Shown piece after piece: positions 35,127 through 44,311 of a DNA stretch of 64,000 nucleotides. This stretch comes from Hyphomicrobiaceae bacterium. Its GTDB lineage: Bacteria; Pseudomonadota; Alphaproteobacteria; Rhizobiales; Hyphomicrobiaceae. The notes beneath the pieces are model-generated. The model ran no database searches. It saw nothing but the letters and a program-made list of their open reading frames with translations, and was not told the origin of the DNA. Position numbers and translations under genes: made by a program. Location: positions 1,053 to 65,052 of the forward strand of contig JABFRJ010000318.1 of assembly GCA_013141255.1 (NCBI GenBank). Reading direction: 5' to 3'. How positions within the stretch are numbered: the first letter of the stretch is position 1; each line of letters starts with the position of its first letter.

Positions 35127-35829
35127 GACCGACAGTCCTCGTCGTGAAACATTACGACAAGAACTGGCCCGACAAAAGCAATCAGCCGACGCCAAACCCC
35201 GCGCCAAGCTAGTCTTAGCGAGTGCTTCGCCGCGTCGACTGACGCTGCTGGCGCAAGTTGGCATCGAACCTGACGCACTGCGGCCCTCGTCAATCGACGA
35301 GTCGCCGAAGCGAGGCGAGATGCCACGCTCATTGATTCAACGCCTAGCTCGCGCCAAGGCAGAAGAAGCGCGCAATCAAATCGCCAATGATCGCGACATT
35401 GCCAATGCTTACGTGCTCGCGGCCGATACGATCGTCGCAGTGGGCCGCCGAATCCTCGTCAAACCCAAATACGTCGAAGAAGCCGTCGCCTCACTGGAAC
35501 GACTGTCAGGGCGCACCCATCGTGTTTTAACGTGCGTCTGCCTGATTACACCTGACGATCGCGTCCGCCTCAAAATTGTCGACACCCGCGTGCGTTTCAA
35601 ACGCCTCTCACGCGAAGAAATCGATAGTTACATTGCGTCTCGCGAATGGCGCGACAAGGCCGGAGGATACGCAATCCAAGGCCTCGCAGGTGCCTTCGTG
35701 CAGAAAATCGTTGGATCTTACAGCAATGTTGTTGGGCTACCCTTGGCCGAAGTCGTGGCCATGCTGTCAGGCGAAGGTGTCCCGGTCTATTTTAATTGGC
35801 TAAAGGCTGGCGACGGTAGCAACGACTAA
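35086..35829 (+). CDS. maf: Maf-like nucleoside triphosphate pyrophosphatase (septum formation protein Maf)
   Basis: Maf core from [20 protein letters not shown] through [10 protein letters not shown]...VGLPL. The ATG at 35086 overlaps infA by 41 nt. The true start may be a downstream non-ATG codon, so the 5' end is uncertain. Confidence 0.85.
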   Translation: MTSPKAALLTALSRTDSPRRETLRQELARQKQSADAKPRAKLVLASASPRRLTLLAQVGIEPDALRPSSIDESPKRGEMPRSLIQRLARAKAEEARNQIANDRDIANAYVLAADTIVAVGRRILVKPKYVEEAVASLERLSGRTHRVLTCVCLITPDDRVRLKIVDTRVRFKRLSREEIDSYIASREWRDKAGGYAIQGLAGAFVQKIVGSYSNVVGLPLAEVVAMLSGEGVPVYFNWLKAGDGSND

Positions 35830-35869
35830 TGTGCTTCGATCGATCTACGAGTTAAGAGAGCAATTACTG

Positions 35870-36115
35870 ATGGCCCAACCGAGCGATTGCGCCCGCCATA
35901 TAGCACTGCACAAAAAGGCTAAGTGCTCGCTTTGCGGTGAACCCATTTCCGCTGAATACAAGCCTTTTTGTTCGCGCCGATGCGCGAACCGTGATCTGCA
36001 TCGCTGGCTCAACGGTGGTTACGCCATTGTAGGCGCCACCACAGACGAAGACGACGAACGGCAAGTCTACCAAGAATCCGACACACTCCCGATTGAAGAT
36101 GCGCCCATAAAATAA
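35870..36115 (+). CDS. yacG: DNA gyrase inhibitor YacG (zinc-finger protein)
   Basis: C4 zinc-finger pattern CSLCGEPISAEYKPFCSRRCANRDLHRWLNGGY. Start taken at ATG 35870. Confidence 0.85.
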   Translation: MAQPSDCARHIALHKKAKCSLCGEPISAEYKPFCSRRCANRDLHRWLNGGYAIVGATTDEDDERQVYQESDTLPIEDAPIK

Positions 36116-36142
36116 CAAAAAGAGCGCCTGTTCAGGCGCCCT
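36108..36142 (-). terminator. Probable terminator of the MarR gene (minus strand)
   Basis: Read on the minus strand, GGCGCC-tgaaca-GGCGC(T) is followed by CTTTTTGTTATTTT. It overlaps the yacG stop region. Confidence 0.45.
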
Positions 36143-36167
36143 TCTCAAAACTAGTGCCGAGAGGAGA

Positions 36168-36680
36168 TTAAAGGCGATAGCGGATTTGGTCGGACCAGAA
36201 GCGTTCAAGACGCGCAAGCGATTTATTGAGCGAATTAAAATCGTCAGCGTTGACTTGGCCAACCTGTTCAACCGAGCCAAGTTGACGCTCGTAAAGATCT
36301 TGCACGATCTCGCAAGCGTCCGTGCCTTTTTGCGTCAGACTAACCCTCACCGAGCGGCGATCTGTATCGCTACGCTTGTAATGGATATACCCCATATCGA
36401 CAAGCTTCTTAAGATTGTACGATACGTTCGATCCCAGATAATAGCCGCGCGTCTTGAGTTCACCTGCGGTCAATTCGCTGGATCCGATATTATATAACAA
36501 CAGCGCTTGTACGCTATTGAGTTCTGATCCGCCAAGACGATCAAACTCGTCCTTGATAACATCTAGCAGCAAACGATGTAAGCGCTCGATCAGGCGCAGC
36601 GCCTGAAGATACTCTTTTTCGACAGTATCCGTAGTCGTTGACTGTACGCGATTGCGGTGAAGATCCAATGCAGCATTCAT
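36168..36680 (-). CDS. MarR-family winged-helix transcriptional regulator
   Basis: 170 aa with MarR wHTH pattern (SVQALLLYNIGSSELTAGELKTRGYYLGSNVSYNLKKLVDMGYIHYKRSDTDRRSVRVSLTQKG). Confidence 0.9.
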   Translation of the reverse strand: MNAALDLHRNRVQSTTTDTVEKEYLQALRLIERLHRLLLDVIKDEFDRLGGSELNSVQALLLYNIGSSELTAGELKTRGYYLGSNVSYNLKKLVDMGYIHYKRSDTDRRSVRVSLTQKGTDACEIVQDLYERQLGSVEQVGQVNADDFNSLNKSLARLERFWSDQIRYRL

Positions 36681-36906
36681 GGCAATTTTATCCCTGCCTA
36701 CACAAACTCTGTTCGATGCATCCCGGTATCTTTTTTGTCCGGGTTAAGAAGCAATCTAATCGCAGTCTCCTAAATCCCGCTTAAGTACATTGGTAAACAA
36801 GCAATTACTTGATAACCTAATGAGGGACGAATGGGTCAAAAAACCTGAAAAATGGGCTTAAACCACTCACAACGCCCAAAACAATTCACGCAAAGCGCGT
36901 TTATTC

Positions 36907-37995
36907 TTATCTCTCGCTCACTTGGCGCGCGCGCCCCCGCTGCATTGCAACGCGTTCGGGCAACGTCAACGCCCCCCGTTCTAACGGTTCAAACAACTGA
37001 TCAATCATCTGTTCTGAGATACGCCGCAAGCCACCCGGTGCCCATTGCGGAGCACGTTCGCGTTCAATAAGCGCGGCCTTAAGGCCCACTTGAAAATCGG
37101 TAGACATGAGCAATCGAGCAAGCACTCGATGCGTAATAACCAGTGACTGACGTAAATCGAGTGACACGCATTGCCGCAACAAGCGATGCGTCACCTTGAG
37201 TGAAAGCGGCGAATGTCGTGCAATATCCCGCTGCACGCCTTCTGCCCATAACTGCGTCTGACCACGTTCTCGGTTAAGCCGCGCAACAATCTCCTCAACA
37301 CTATCAGCCGAAAAGCAGCGCGCAATAACAGGAGCAAAGTAGTCAACATCACGCGGCCCCGGATCACGGTGCAAGGCATCAAGCACGGGATCAACAGGCT
37401 GCGCATCAGCGAGCTGCCGTTGAATATCGTGCGAATAGCGCGCATCAATCGTGTGTGTCATAAGTCCATACGCGAGTGCATCCGCCCGCCCGAGTCCGCG
37501 TCCGCTCAACGCCAGATACATCCCGACATAGCTGGGGAGGCGGCTAAGCCAATAGGCAAACCCGGCTTGTGGCACCATCCCAAGCGACACCTCAGGCACC
37601 GACAAAGCAAACCCCTCTTGTGCGACCCTGTGCGTTCCATGTAGTGCCAAACCAAGACCAGCACCGGCCACCGAACCATGAATGAGCGATACAATTGGTT
37701 TCGTAAAACAATCAATTTGCCAAAACAGGCGATAATCTGCAGCCAACATTTCCGCAATCGCATCCAGCCCAAGAGCGGCCCCTGAACTCAATCTTGGTAA
37801 ATCAGAACCAATACAAAATACATTTGATAGGCCAGAGCTAACAACCACTGCATACACATCGGCAGATCGTGCCCACTCATCGATGGCATCACTGAGCGTT
37901 GCTACAACTGCACCATCAATAGCATTACGATCAGCGACCCTTGCCATGTTGACATGCACAAGCGCGCCTCGCATATCGACCGTTAAGCCCGGCAC
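36907..37995 (-). CDS. Enoyl-CoA hydratase/isomerase family protein (3-hydroxyisobutyryl-CoA hydrolase-like)
   Basis: Crotonase fold motifs (FCIGSDL, KPIVSLIHGSVAGAGLGLALHGTHRV) plus the long C-terminal extension typical of the HIBYL-CoA hydrolase subgroup. Confidence 0.85.
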   Translation of the reverse strand: MPGLTVDMRGALVHVNMARVADRNAIDGAVVATLSDAIDEWARSADVYAVVVSSGLSNVFCIGSDLPRLSSGAALGLDAIAEMLAADYRLFWQIDCFTKPIVSLIHGSVAGAGLGLALHGTHRVAQEGFALSVPEVSLGMVPQAGFAYWLSRLPSYVGMYLALSGRGLGRADALAYGLMTHTIDARYSHDIQRQLADAQPVDPVLDALHRDPGPRDVDYFAPVIARCFSADSVEEIVARLNRERGQTQLWAEGVQRDIARHSPLSLKVTHRLLRQCVSLDLRQSLVITHRVLARLLMSTDFQVGLKAALIERERAPQWAPGGLRRISEQMIDQLFEPLERGALTLPERVAMQRGRARQVSER

Positions 37996-38440
37996 GACAG
38001 GCTGTGCGGTCGAACTATTCTCAAAAACTATGATGGATCTTCCCCGCCGAAGTCGACACTAAGTCGACCATGCCCAAGCGCCAAGTTGTCCCCGTTATCC
38101 TCATTTGGTTCCACAAAATAATTGTTCCTTCAATCTGGGCGGGACACGTTGTGACCCAGAAGTTATAGCGTCATCCGAATAAACCAAGAATGATTCGCAC
38201 GAGCATGCGAATTGACGCACAAATTCACCTAAACCGTCAACAAGCCATCACTCGACACTCACAACCCAGGCAAAAATGCCCGTAAAACAATGAAACATGT
38301 AAGAGTTGGGGCAAGTAACATCACAAACGCCTGTCGTCTTTCCGACTTGCAATACTTGGTTCCATTAATCGTAGAACAACATCGTCCTTATCACCCACAG
38401 CTTTTGAACCTGAAAGTCAGCGCCTGTCTTGGAGTTCAGT

Positions 38441-39718
38441 ATGGGTTCGCACGCAAAAGTCACCGAAAAATCACCGCCACGCCAAGTCGTGTCTATCGTT
38501 CAAAAAAGTCAATTGGATCGCAAGCGAGCCATGGTTCACGCCTACACGTTGGTTGTAGCAGCGGCTGCAATGATGTGCACTAACGCGACTTGGGCAAATA
38601 GTCCCAATCCATCAGTGTCGTTGCCACCAGGCGGTCGCTCCATGACGGCTCCAATCGCGTCAACGCCCACCGCACCACCACAGCTTCTTCAGCTCGGTCA
38701 GCAACCAGCGTCACCAGAAATTGCGCCATCCGCGGCACCTCCGAAGCCAGCAAGCACCAGCGGCTGGAGCCAAGTTGATATAGACAGCGCGCGCGCGCGC
38801 TGTACCCATCTCTTACGCGGCCTCGATATTGTGTCGATACCATCCCCGTCCATGAAAGATGGACCCGAATGCGGCACGCCTGCTCCTATCGAACTGGTAA
38901 GTGTTGGTAAAAATCCACAAGTAACATTCTCGCCTACTATCACTGTCACATGCGATATGGCTGCCGCCTTAAGCACCTGGATTAGCCGCGACCTTCAACC
39001 GCTCGCGCGAAAACACCTCGGCGGAAACCTAGTCCAAATCGCGACCATGAGTTCGTATTCATGCCGCAATGCATACGGCCGCACAGCCTCGCGCCTCAGT
39101 GAACACGGTCGCGCCAATGCCGTTGACATCAGAAACTTCCTCACCACAAACGGACATGCAGCAACCGTGTTGGCCGATTGGGGGCCGACTGGGCGCGATA
39201 TTCGCGCCCAAGTGGCAATCGCTCGCGCCGCAGCTCAAAAAGCTGAAGCAGCCCGGGCAGCCGCGCTTGCAATTCAACAAAAAAATCTACAAAAAACCAA
39301 TCCCCCCGCAACACCGTCATCAGTCGCAGCCGTCCCCTCCGGCCTGAACGACCTTACGACAGGGTCAACAATCGCTGGCACACCGAGAGAAATTATCATC
39401 GGTGCTCAACCAGGCACTGGTCTGGGCTTAAGATTACCCGGCACTGGTGAACCAACGGGCATGGGACTATCTAACGGCGTCCAAGGACCCCAACGCTTAG
39501 GTGGACCGAAGCAGGTCAGCACGTCTCACCAACCACCAAGCGCTCAACCTGCAAATCCCGCCGCAGCCACTCTAAACCGCACGCAATTCTTGCGTAGTGC
39601 TCACGAAACTGGGTGCAAAATTTTTGGAACGACCCTTGGTCCGGAAGCGAACGAAGCTCACCGCAACCACTTCCACGTAGATATGGCCGAGCGCAAAACC
39701 AACAATTTCTGCGAATAA
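38441..39718 (+). CDS. Extensin-like C-terminal domain family protein (putative LAS-type peptidase fold)
   Basis: The ATG at 38441 has GGAG 6 nt upstream. Signal/TM segment, Pro/Ala-rich regions, and a conserved core (ECGTPAPIELVSVG...VTCDMAAAL...SSYSCRN...SEHGRANAVDI...HRNHFHVDM). Confidence 0.85.
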   Translation: MGSHAKVTEKSPPRQVVSIVQKSQLDRKRAMVHAYTLVVAAAAMMCTNATWANSPNPSVSLPPGGRSMTAPIASTPTAPPQLLQLGQQPASPEIAPSAAPPKPASTSGWSQVDIDSARARCTHLLRGLDIVSIPSPSMKDGPECGTPAPIELVSVGKNPQVTFSPTITVTCDMAAALSTWISRDLQPLARKHLGGNLVQIATMSSYSCRNAYGRTASRLSEHGRANAVDIRNFLTTNGHAATVLADWGPTGRDIRAQVAIARAAAQKAEAARAAALAIQQKNLQKTNPPATPSSVAAVPSGLNDLTTGSTIAGTPREIIIGAQPGTGLGLRLPGTGEPTGMGLSNGVQGPQRLGGPKQVSTSHQPPSAQPANPAAATLNRTQFLRSAHETGCKIFGTTLGPEANEAHRNHFHVDMAERKTNNFCE

Positions 39719-39780
39719 AGTGGCAGCGGCTCAAAGGAGGACGCCAGCGTTTGCGTCCTCCTTCAAGCCCGATCCAGACT

Positions 39781-40053
39781 TTAAGACGGCGTCGACGACG
39801 TCTCTTTTAGCGTGCAAAGCGCAAGCTCAATATCAGCAAGCGTATCAGCATGGCGAACCGACATACCAACAGTCCGCATTCCATCATCAGCTGCAGCCAA
39901 TTGCTGCAAAATTCCCGAACGCCACCGTTCAAGGGTTGCGATTTTTTCTCCACGCGTCAGCAAGATCTCATCGACAATTGCTAATGGGCACGCAAAAACA
40001 CTGGCTGGGTCGTGTTTTGCTGCAGTGGCATTCAAGCTAGCGAGTGTTGTCAT
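39781..40053 (-). CDS. Small hypothetical protein (90 aa)
   Basis: ATG at 40053 with a canonical GGAGG (40061-40065) 7 nt upstream. Not overlapped by any other gene. No family recognised. Confidence 0.55.
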   Translation of the reverse strand: MTTLASLNATAAKHDPASVFACPLAIVDEILLTRGEKIATLERWRSGILQQLAAADDGMRTVGMSVRHADTLADIELALCTLKETSSTPS

Positions 40054-40287
40054 TCAATGGCCTCCAAATAACCGTGAAACGCAGTGAACTGCGAACCGTC
40101 TGCTGTCTGCTCAAGAGAAACAGCATGCAACTCGGAAATCGCCACACAACCCCCTGGACATTAGGGCCTAAGTGGTGCGAATTCATGGCAAAACTTGAAG
40201 AGAAGCTAGTCTGACACTTTTAATTTGGACCGCTTCAAGGCACAATCGACGCTAAACTAACCAGAACTCGGCCTCCGATCTTTAAAA

Positions 40288-40908
40288 ATGGTGTTGCAAA
40301 CGCGCATGGATAGTGTCGCATCAAAGCCACTGCCCCGAAAGCCTTTGGTGCTTGCGCTTCCAAACGTGCTGACCTATGCACGGATCTTAGCTGTGCCCGC
40401 CGTGGTCGCTTGCATTTACTTTATCAAAGGCGATGAGGGCCGCTGGCTGGCGCTCGCATTATATGCCGCAGCCTGCATTACCGACTGGCTTGATGGTTAT
40501 TTGGCCCGCGTTTGGCACCAGCAGTCAAACTTAGGCCGCATGCTTGACCCGATTGCCGACAAACTATTAGTCGGCGCCACTTTGCTAATCCTCACTTACG
40601 ACAACACGATCTCCGGTTTGGCCGTTTGGGCTGCTGTCATCATACTTTGCCGCGAAATTCTGGTCTCAGGCCTGCGCGAGTATTTGGCGGAACTCAACGT
40701 CAAGATACACGTCACCAAACTTGCAAAGTGGAAAACCACGCTACAGATGGTGGCTCTAGGCGTTCTACTTGCAGGCAGTGCAGGCGATCGTGTCTTTGGC
40801 TCGACCACATCCGTCGGTTTAATACTACTGTGGGTCGCCGCTTTGCTAACTCTATGGACGGGCTACGACTACCTAAAAGCTGCCGTAAGGCACGCCATAG
40901 ACTCCTAG
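40288..40908 (+). CDS. pgsA: CDP-diacylglycerol--glycerol-3-phosphate 3-phosphatidyltransferase
   Basis: CDP-alcohol phosphotransferase motif DWLDGYLARVWHQQSNLGRMLDPIADK, with about 4-5 TM segments. Confidence 0.92.
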   Translation: MVLQTRMDSVASKPLPRKPLVLALPNVLTYARILAVPAVVACIYFIKGDEGRWLALALYAAACITDWLDGYLARVWHQQSNLGRMLDPIADKLLVGATLLILTYDNTISGLAVWAAVIILCREILVSGLREYLAELNVKIHVTKLAKWKTTLQMVALGVLLAGSAGDRVFGSTTSVGLILLWVAALLTLWTGYDYLKAAVRHAIDS

Positions 40909-40920
40909 GGTGCACACAAA

Positions 40921-41178
40921 ATGGCTGTCCGAATAATCTACTTTGCTTGGGTGCGCGAAAAGATTGGCCGACCCGAGGAATCCATTGAGCTACCAGCCCA
41001 TGTGCGCACCGTTGCAGACCTCATTTCCTATTTAAAATCGTGTGGTGCGGAATACCAAAACGCCTTTCAGCGCGACGATCTAGTACGTGTTGCCGTGGAT
41101 CAGATCCATGTCAAACCAACAACCGAAATCGTAGATGCACGAGAAGTAGCCTTCTTTCCACCGGTAACCGGGGGCTGA
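40921..41178 (+). CDS. moaD: Molybdopterin synthase sulfur-carrier subunit
   Basis: 85 aa with a ThiS/MoaD fold pattern, ending in the C-terminal FFPPVTGG. Confidence 0.9.
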   Translation: MAVRIIYFAWVREKIGRPEESIELPAHVRTVADLISYLKSCGAEYQNAFQRDDLVRVAVDQIHVKPTTEIVDAREVAFFPPVTGG

Positions 41179-41181
41179 ACA

Positions 41182-41640
41182 ATGGCCGTGCGCATCGACA
41201 CAGTCGACTTCAACATAGCCAACGAGATCAAAAAACTGACGGCAAACCGCTCGGATATCGGCGCTATTGTTACATTCACCGGCACAGTTCGTGGAGCAAC
41301 CAAATCAGGCCCGCTCGCGAGCATGACACTTGAGCATTACCCCGGCATGACCGAAAGGGAACTCTCAACAATTGAATTGGAAGCAAAAAAGCGATGGCCA
41401 TTGACTGAGTGCGCAATCGTTCATCGCGTTGGCACGCTTCTACCTGGTGAGAACATTGTATTGGTTATAACCGCTTCAACCCATAGACATGCAGCATTTG
41501 AAGCCGCTGAGTTCCTCATGGACTATCTCAAAACCCGTGCACCATTTTGGAAAAAAGAAACGCTCAGAGATGGGACGGCCGCCTGGGTCGACGCGCGCGA
41601 GGTGGATGAAACTGCAATTGCACGTTGGCAGACAACCTAA
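41182..41640 (+). CDS. moaE: Molybdopterin synthase catalytic subunit
   Basis: GAIVTFTGTVR...LEHYPGMTE...HRVGTLLPGENIVLVITASTHRHAAFEAAEFLMDYLKTRAPFWKKE. Confidence 0.93.
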   Translation: MAVRIDTVDFNIANEIKKLTANRSDIGAIVTFTGTVRGATKSGPLASMTLEHYPGMTERELSTIELEAKKRWPLTECAIVHRVGTLLPGENIVLVITASTHRHAAFEAAEFLMDYLKTRAPFWKKETLRDGTAAWVDAREVDETAIARWQTT

Positions 41641-41662
41641 TATCCTAAGCATTCCACTCAAA

Positions 41663-43483
41663 TCAATTGCCGAACAACATATCAAAAATGGATTTAGGTT
41701 TAGGCTTTGGTCGGCTTTCACGTTGGCTCGTCGATGACGAAGCCCCAGGAGTATTCTGAGCCCACGGCGCCCATGACGGCACCGAACTATTCGATTTCGG
41801 TGACGATCCAGCCTCAGAAGACGGCACACTTGCCCGACGCATCGGAGCGTTCGCTATTGCGGCGATTGCATCGCGATCGTCCTTGCTCCTGCTCTTCAGC
41901 CGGAATTCTTCAACGAGACCATCCGCTCCAGTCACCGTCACCGCACCATCATCCCACGACCACTTGGCTTCCAGGCGGCCCATTCTTGCAACCACAACAC
42001 CCATAACCATTGCACTCGCGACATCAATGATTGCAGCATTTTCGACAACATCGTTGGCCGCACCAGTCTGCATCGACCCTGCCGCATACCTGAGAACGCC
42101 AAAATTACTATTGGGCGACTTTTTGCGCTCCCAATCGAGAAGTTTAGGCGCCCCTTTGCTCATCATCTCAAGCGGAATACGAACCTTAGGAAACAGTTCA
42201 TTGACGGCGACATAGTCATCACCACTCGCCAACACGCGCCATTTATCGATACCTGCACCAGAAACGTCTGTCTCGTCCTTAATCGTCTCAATGCCGATAC
42301 GTTGCATCGCCGCAATCACGTCGCGATGCTGGGGTGCCAATGCAAGCGCTTTTTGATAAGCGATAACGGCTCCATCACCGCGTCCAAGACTTTCCTCAAT
42401 CTCACCTTGAGCCCAGTGCGTATCAGCAGATGTCGGTTCAAGCCGCACCAACCGTTCAACATCTTTTTCACCGAGAGTCGGCTGTTGCATTTTGATATAA
42501 ACCCAAACGCGCACCGCATAAGCACGTACCGAGCGCGGATCAATTTCCAAAGCCCGCCCCAAATCATCAAGCGCTTCCTCATGAGCACCTAATTTTGCAT
42601 GCGCATAGCCTCGACCGATATAACCCGGCACAGAGTTAGGGCGCAGCTCAAGCACGCGACTATAATCTTTAAGCGCGGCCGCGACGTTGTCAGCAGCCAA
42701 ATAAGCGTCACCGCGCGCCAAATAATCATCGACACGACGCGGATCATAGGCCAACGCCCGGCTTAGATCGCCAGCTGCGTCCTCAGTTTGGCCAAGACCA
42801 AACCGGATCTCCGCACGATACCGATACGCTTGCACAAACCCAGAATTGAGCGCGATAGCACGCGAATAATCGCGCATCGCCGCATGACGACGATTTTGTG
42901 CCAAATGCGCACGCCCACGCCCAACCAATGCAACGGCATCACGCGGGTTGAGTTCTATGGCCTTGGTCGCGTCAACCAACGCTAAGTCTGAACGACCCAT
43001 TTTTAGATATGCAGCTGCGCGATTATTGTAAGCCGCTGATAGATTCGGCGCCAATACAATTGCACGAGCAAAATCTTTTAATGCCTCGTCAGCCTGTCCA
43101 AGCGCAAGCAGAAGATTTCCACGATTGACGTAAGTCGCAGCATACTCGGGATAAAGCTGCGCGGCTCTATTGAAATCTTCAACAGCAAGCCGAAATTGCT
43201 GCTGTCGCACCCGAGCCGTTCCTCGATCATTCAAATAGGTTGCCCGCGTCTCATTTGGCAGCGTTAGATCACCGAGCGCCGTAGTCAGTTCGGAGATCGC
43301 TTGACTATCGTCTCCACGACGCAATGCCTGTGCAGCCTCAAGTGCTTTGCCAGCTGAAGCCGAACCAACCGTTTGCGCCTCAACCGAATACGTCGTCGTT
43401 CCCATAGCGGCAATCAACGCAAGGACAGAAACACCAATCAGCGGTGTCCGTGCAAAGCGCGGCGATAAGTTTGAAGCCGTCAT
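41663..43483 (-). CDS. Tetratricopeptide-repeat protein with signal peptide and unknown C-terminal domain
   Basis: 606 aa with about 10 consecutive TPR units (recurrent AxxDFxRAIxLxPxxAxAYxNRG pattern) followed by a ~200-aa non-TPR tail. Confidence 0.85.
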   Translation of the reverse strand: MTASNLSPRFARTPLIGVSVLALIAAMGTTTYSVEAQTVGSASAGKALEAAQALRRGDDSQAISELTTALGDLTLPNETRATYLNDRGTARVRQQQFRLAVEDFNRAAQLYPEYAATYVNRGNLLLALGQADEALKDFARAIVLAPNLSAAYNNRAAAYLKMGRSDLALVDATKAIELNPRDAVALVGRGRAHLAQNRRHAAMRDYSRAIALNSGFVQAYRYRAEIRFGLGQTEDAAGDLSRALAYDPRRVDDYLARGDAYLAADNVAAALKDYSRVLELRPNSVPGYIGRGYAHAKLGAHEEALDDLGRALEIDPRSVRAYAVRVWVYIKMQQPTLGEKDVERLVRLEPTSADTHWAQGEIEESLGRGDGAVIAYQKALALAPQHRDVIAAMQRIGIETIKDETDVSGAGIDKWRVLASGDDYVAVNELFPKVRIPLEMMSKGAPKLLDWERKKSPNSNFGVLRYAAGSMQTGAANDVVENAAIIDVASAMVMGVVVARMGRLEAKWSWDDGAVTVTGADGLVEEFRLKSRSKDDRDAIAAIANAPMRRASVPSSEAGSSPKSNSSVPSWAPWAQNTPGASSSTSQRESRPKPKPKSIFDMLFGN

Positions 43484-43846
43484 AATGTATCAACCCAGCA
43501 ATAACGACATGACATCGCCAGACGTGTTGCTGCAAGCAGGGACCGCCGCAGCCATAAGGAATCGACCAGACAATACCCTACAGAGCATTGAAGCGGCAGT
43601 TAAAAACTGATGCGACAGTTAGGCATCACTGTGGCCTAGAGGCAGCAGATCTGCTTCAACTAAATCCATTCCGACACCCCGAATACAGTCTGACGCCCAA
43701 TAGCCAGGGTCCAATTACGTGTCGAACAAGCCCGCAGTCCATATCGCAAGGCGTTTCCATCGGCATGAGAGTCTCAATGGAGACGATCAATCAGCAATCT
43801 GCTACCGTCCGTCAAAAGCAAAAAATACATCGGTTTTGGAGGACCT

Positions 43847-44218
43847 ATGGACAGCGAACGCAAAGCCATCGAAACTGTTATCCAAACTTACTTCGACGGG
43901 CTATACGAAGCTGACGCCGACAAGCTCAATTCAATATTTCTACCCTCAAGCGCTCTTGCCGAAGTCCGCGACAGCCAAGTGCACGTGACACCGCGCGACG
44001 TCTGGCTCGACGCGGTCCGCAAACGGACCTCCGCCAAGTCACAAGGCCATGAGCGTGGCGATAAAATCTTGACCATAGATGTCACAGGCCCATCAATGGC
44101 CTACGTGAAAGTCAACTGCCAATTACCACCACGCTACTTTACCGATCAGCTCTCGCTTCTGAAAGTGGACGGTCAGTGGAAAATCGCACAAAAAATATTC
44201 CAAACGACTGTACGCTGA
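43847..44218 (+). CDS. Nuclear transport factor 2 (SnoaL/lumazine-binding-like) family protein
   Basis: 123 aa with GGAGGA upstream. Typical opening AIETVIQTYFDGLYEADADKLNSIF and ending KVDGQWKIAQKIF. Confidence 0.8.
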   Translation: MDSERKAIETVIQTYFDGLYEADADKLNSIFLPSSALAEVRDSQVHVTPRDVWLDAVRKRTSAKSQGHERGDKILTIDVTGPSMAYVKVNCQLPPRYFTDQLSLLKVDGQWKIAQKIFQTTVR

Positions 44219-44311
44219 TTCAGCATCGTCAGCGGCCTCGTTATAAAAAGCTGGGAGACGCACCTGGCACAGCAATTGTCATGCACACGCTACTCCGCCC
44301 AGCGCCACAGA

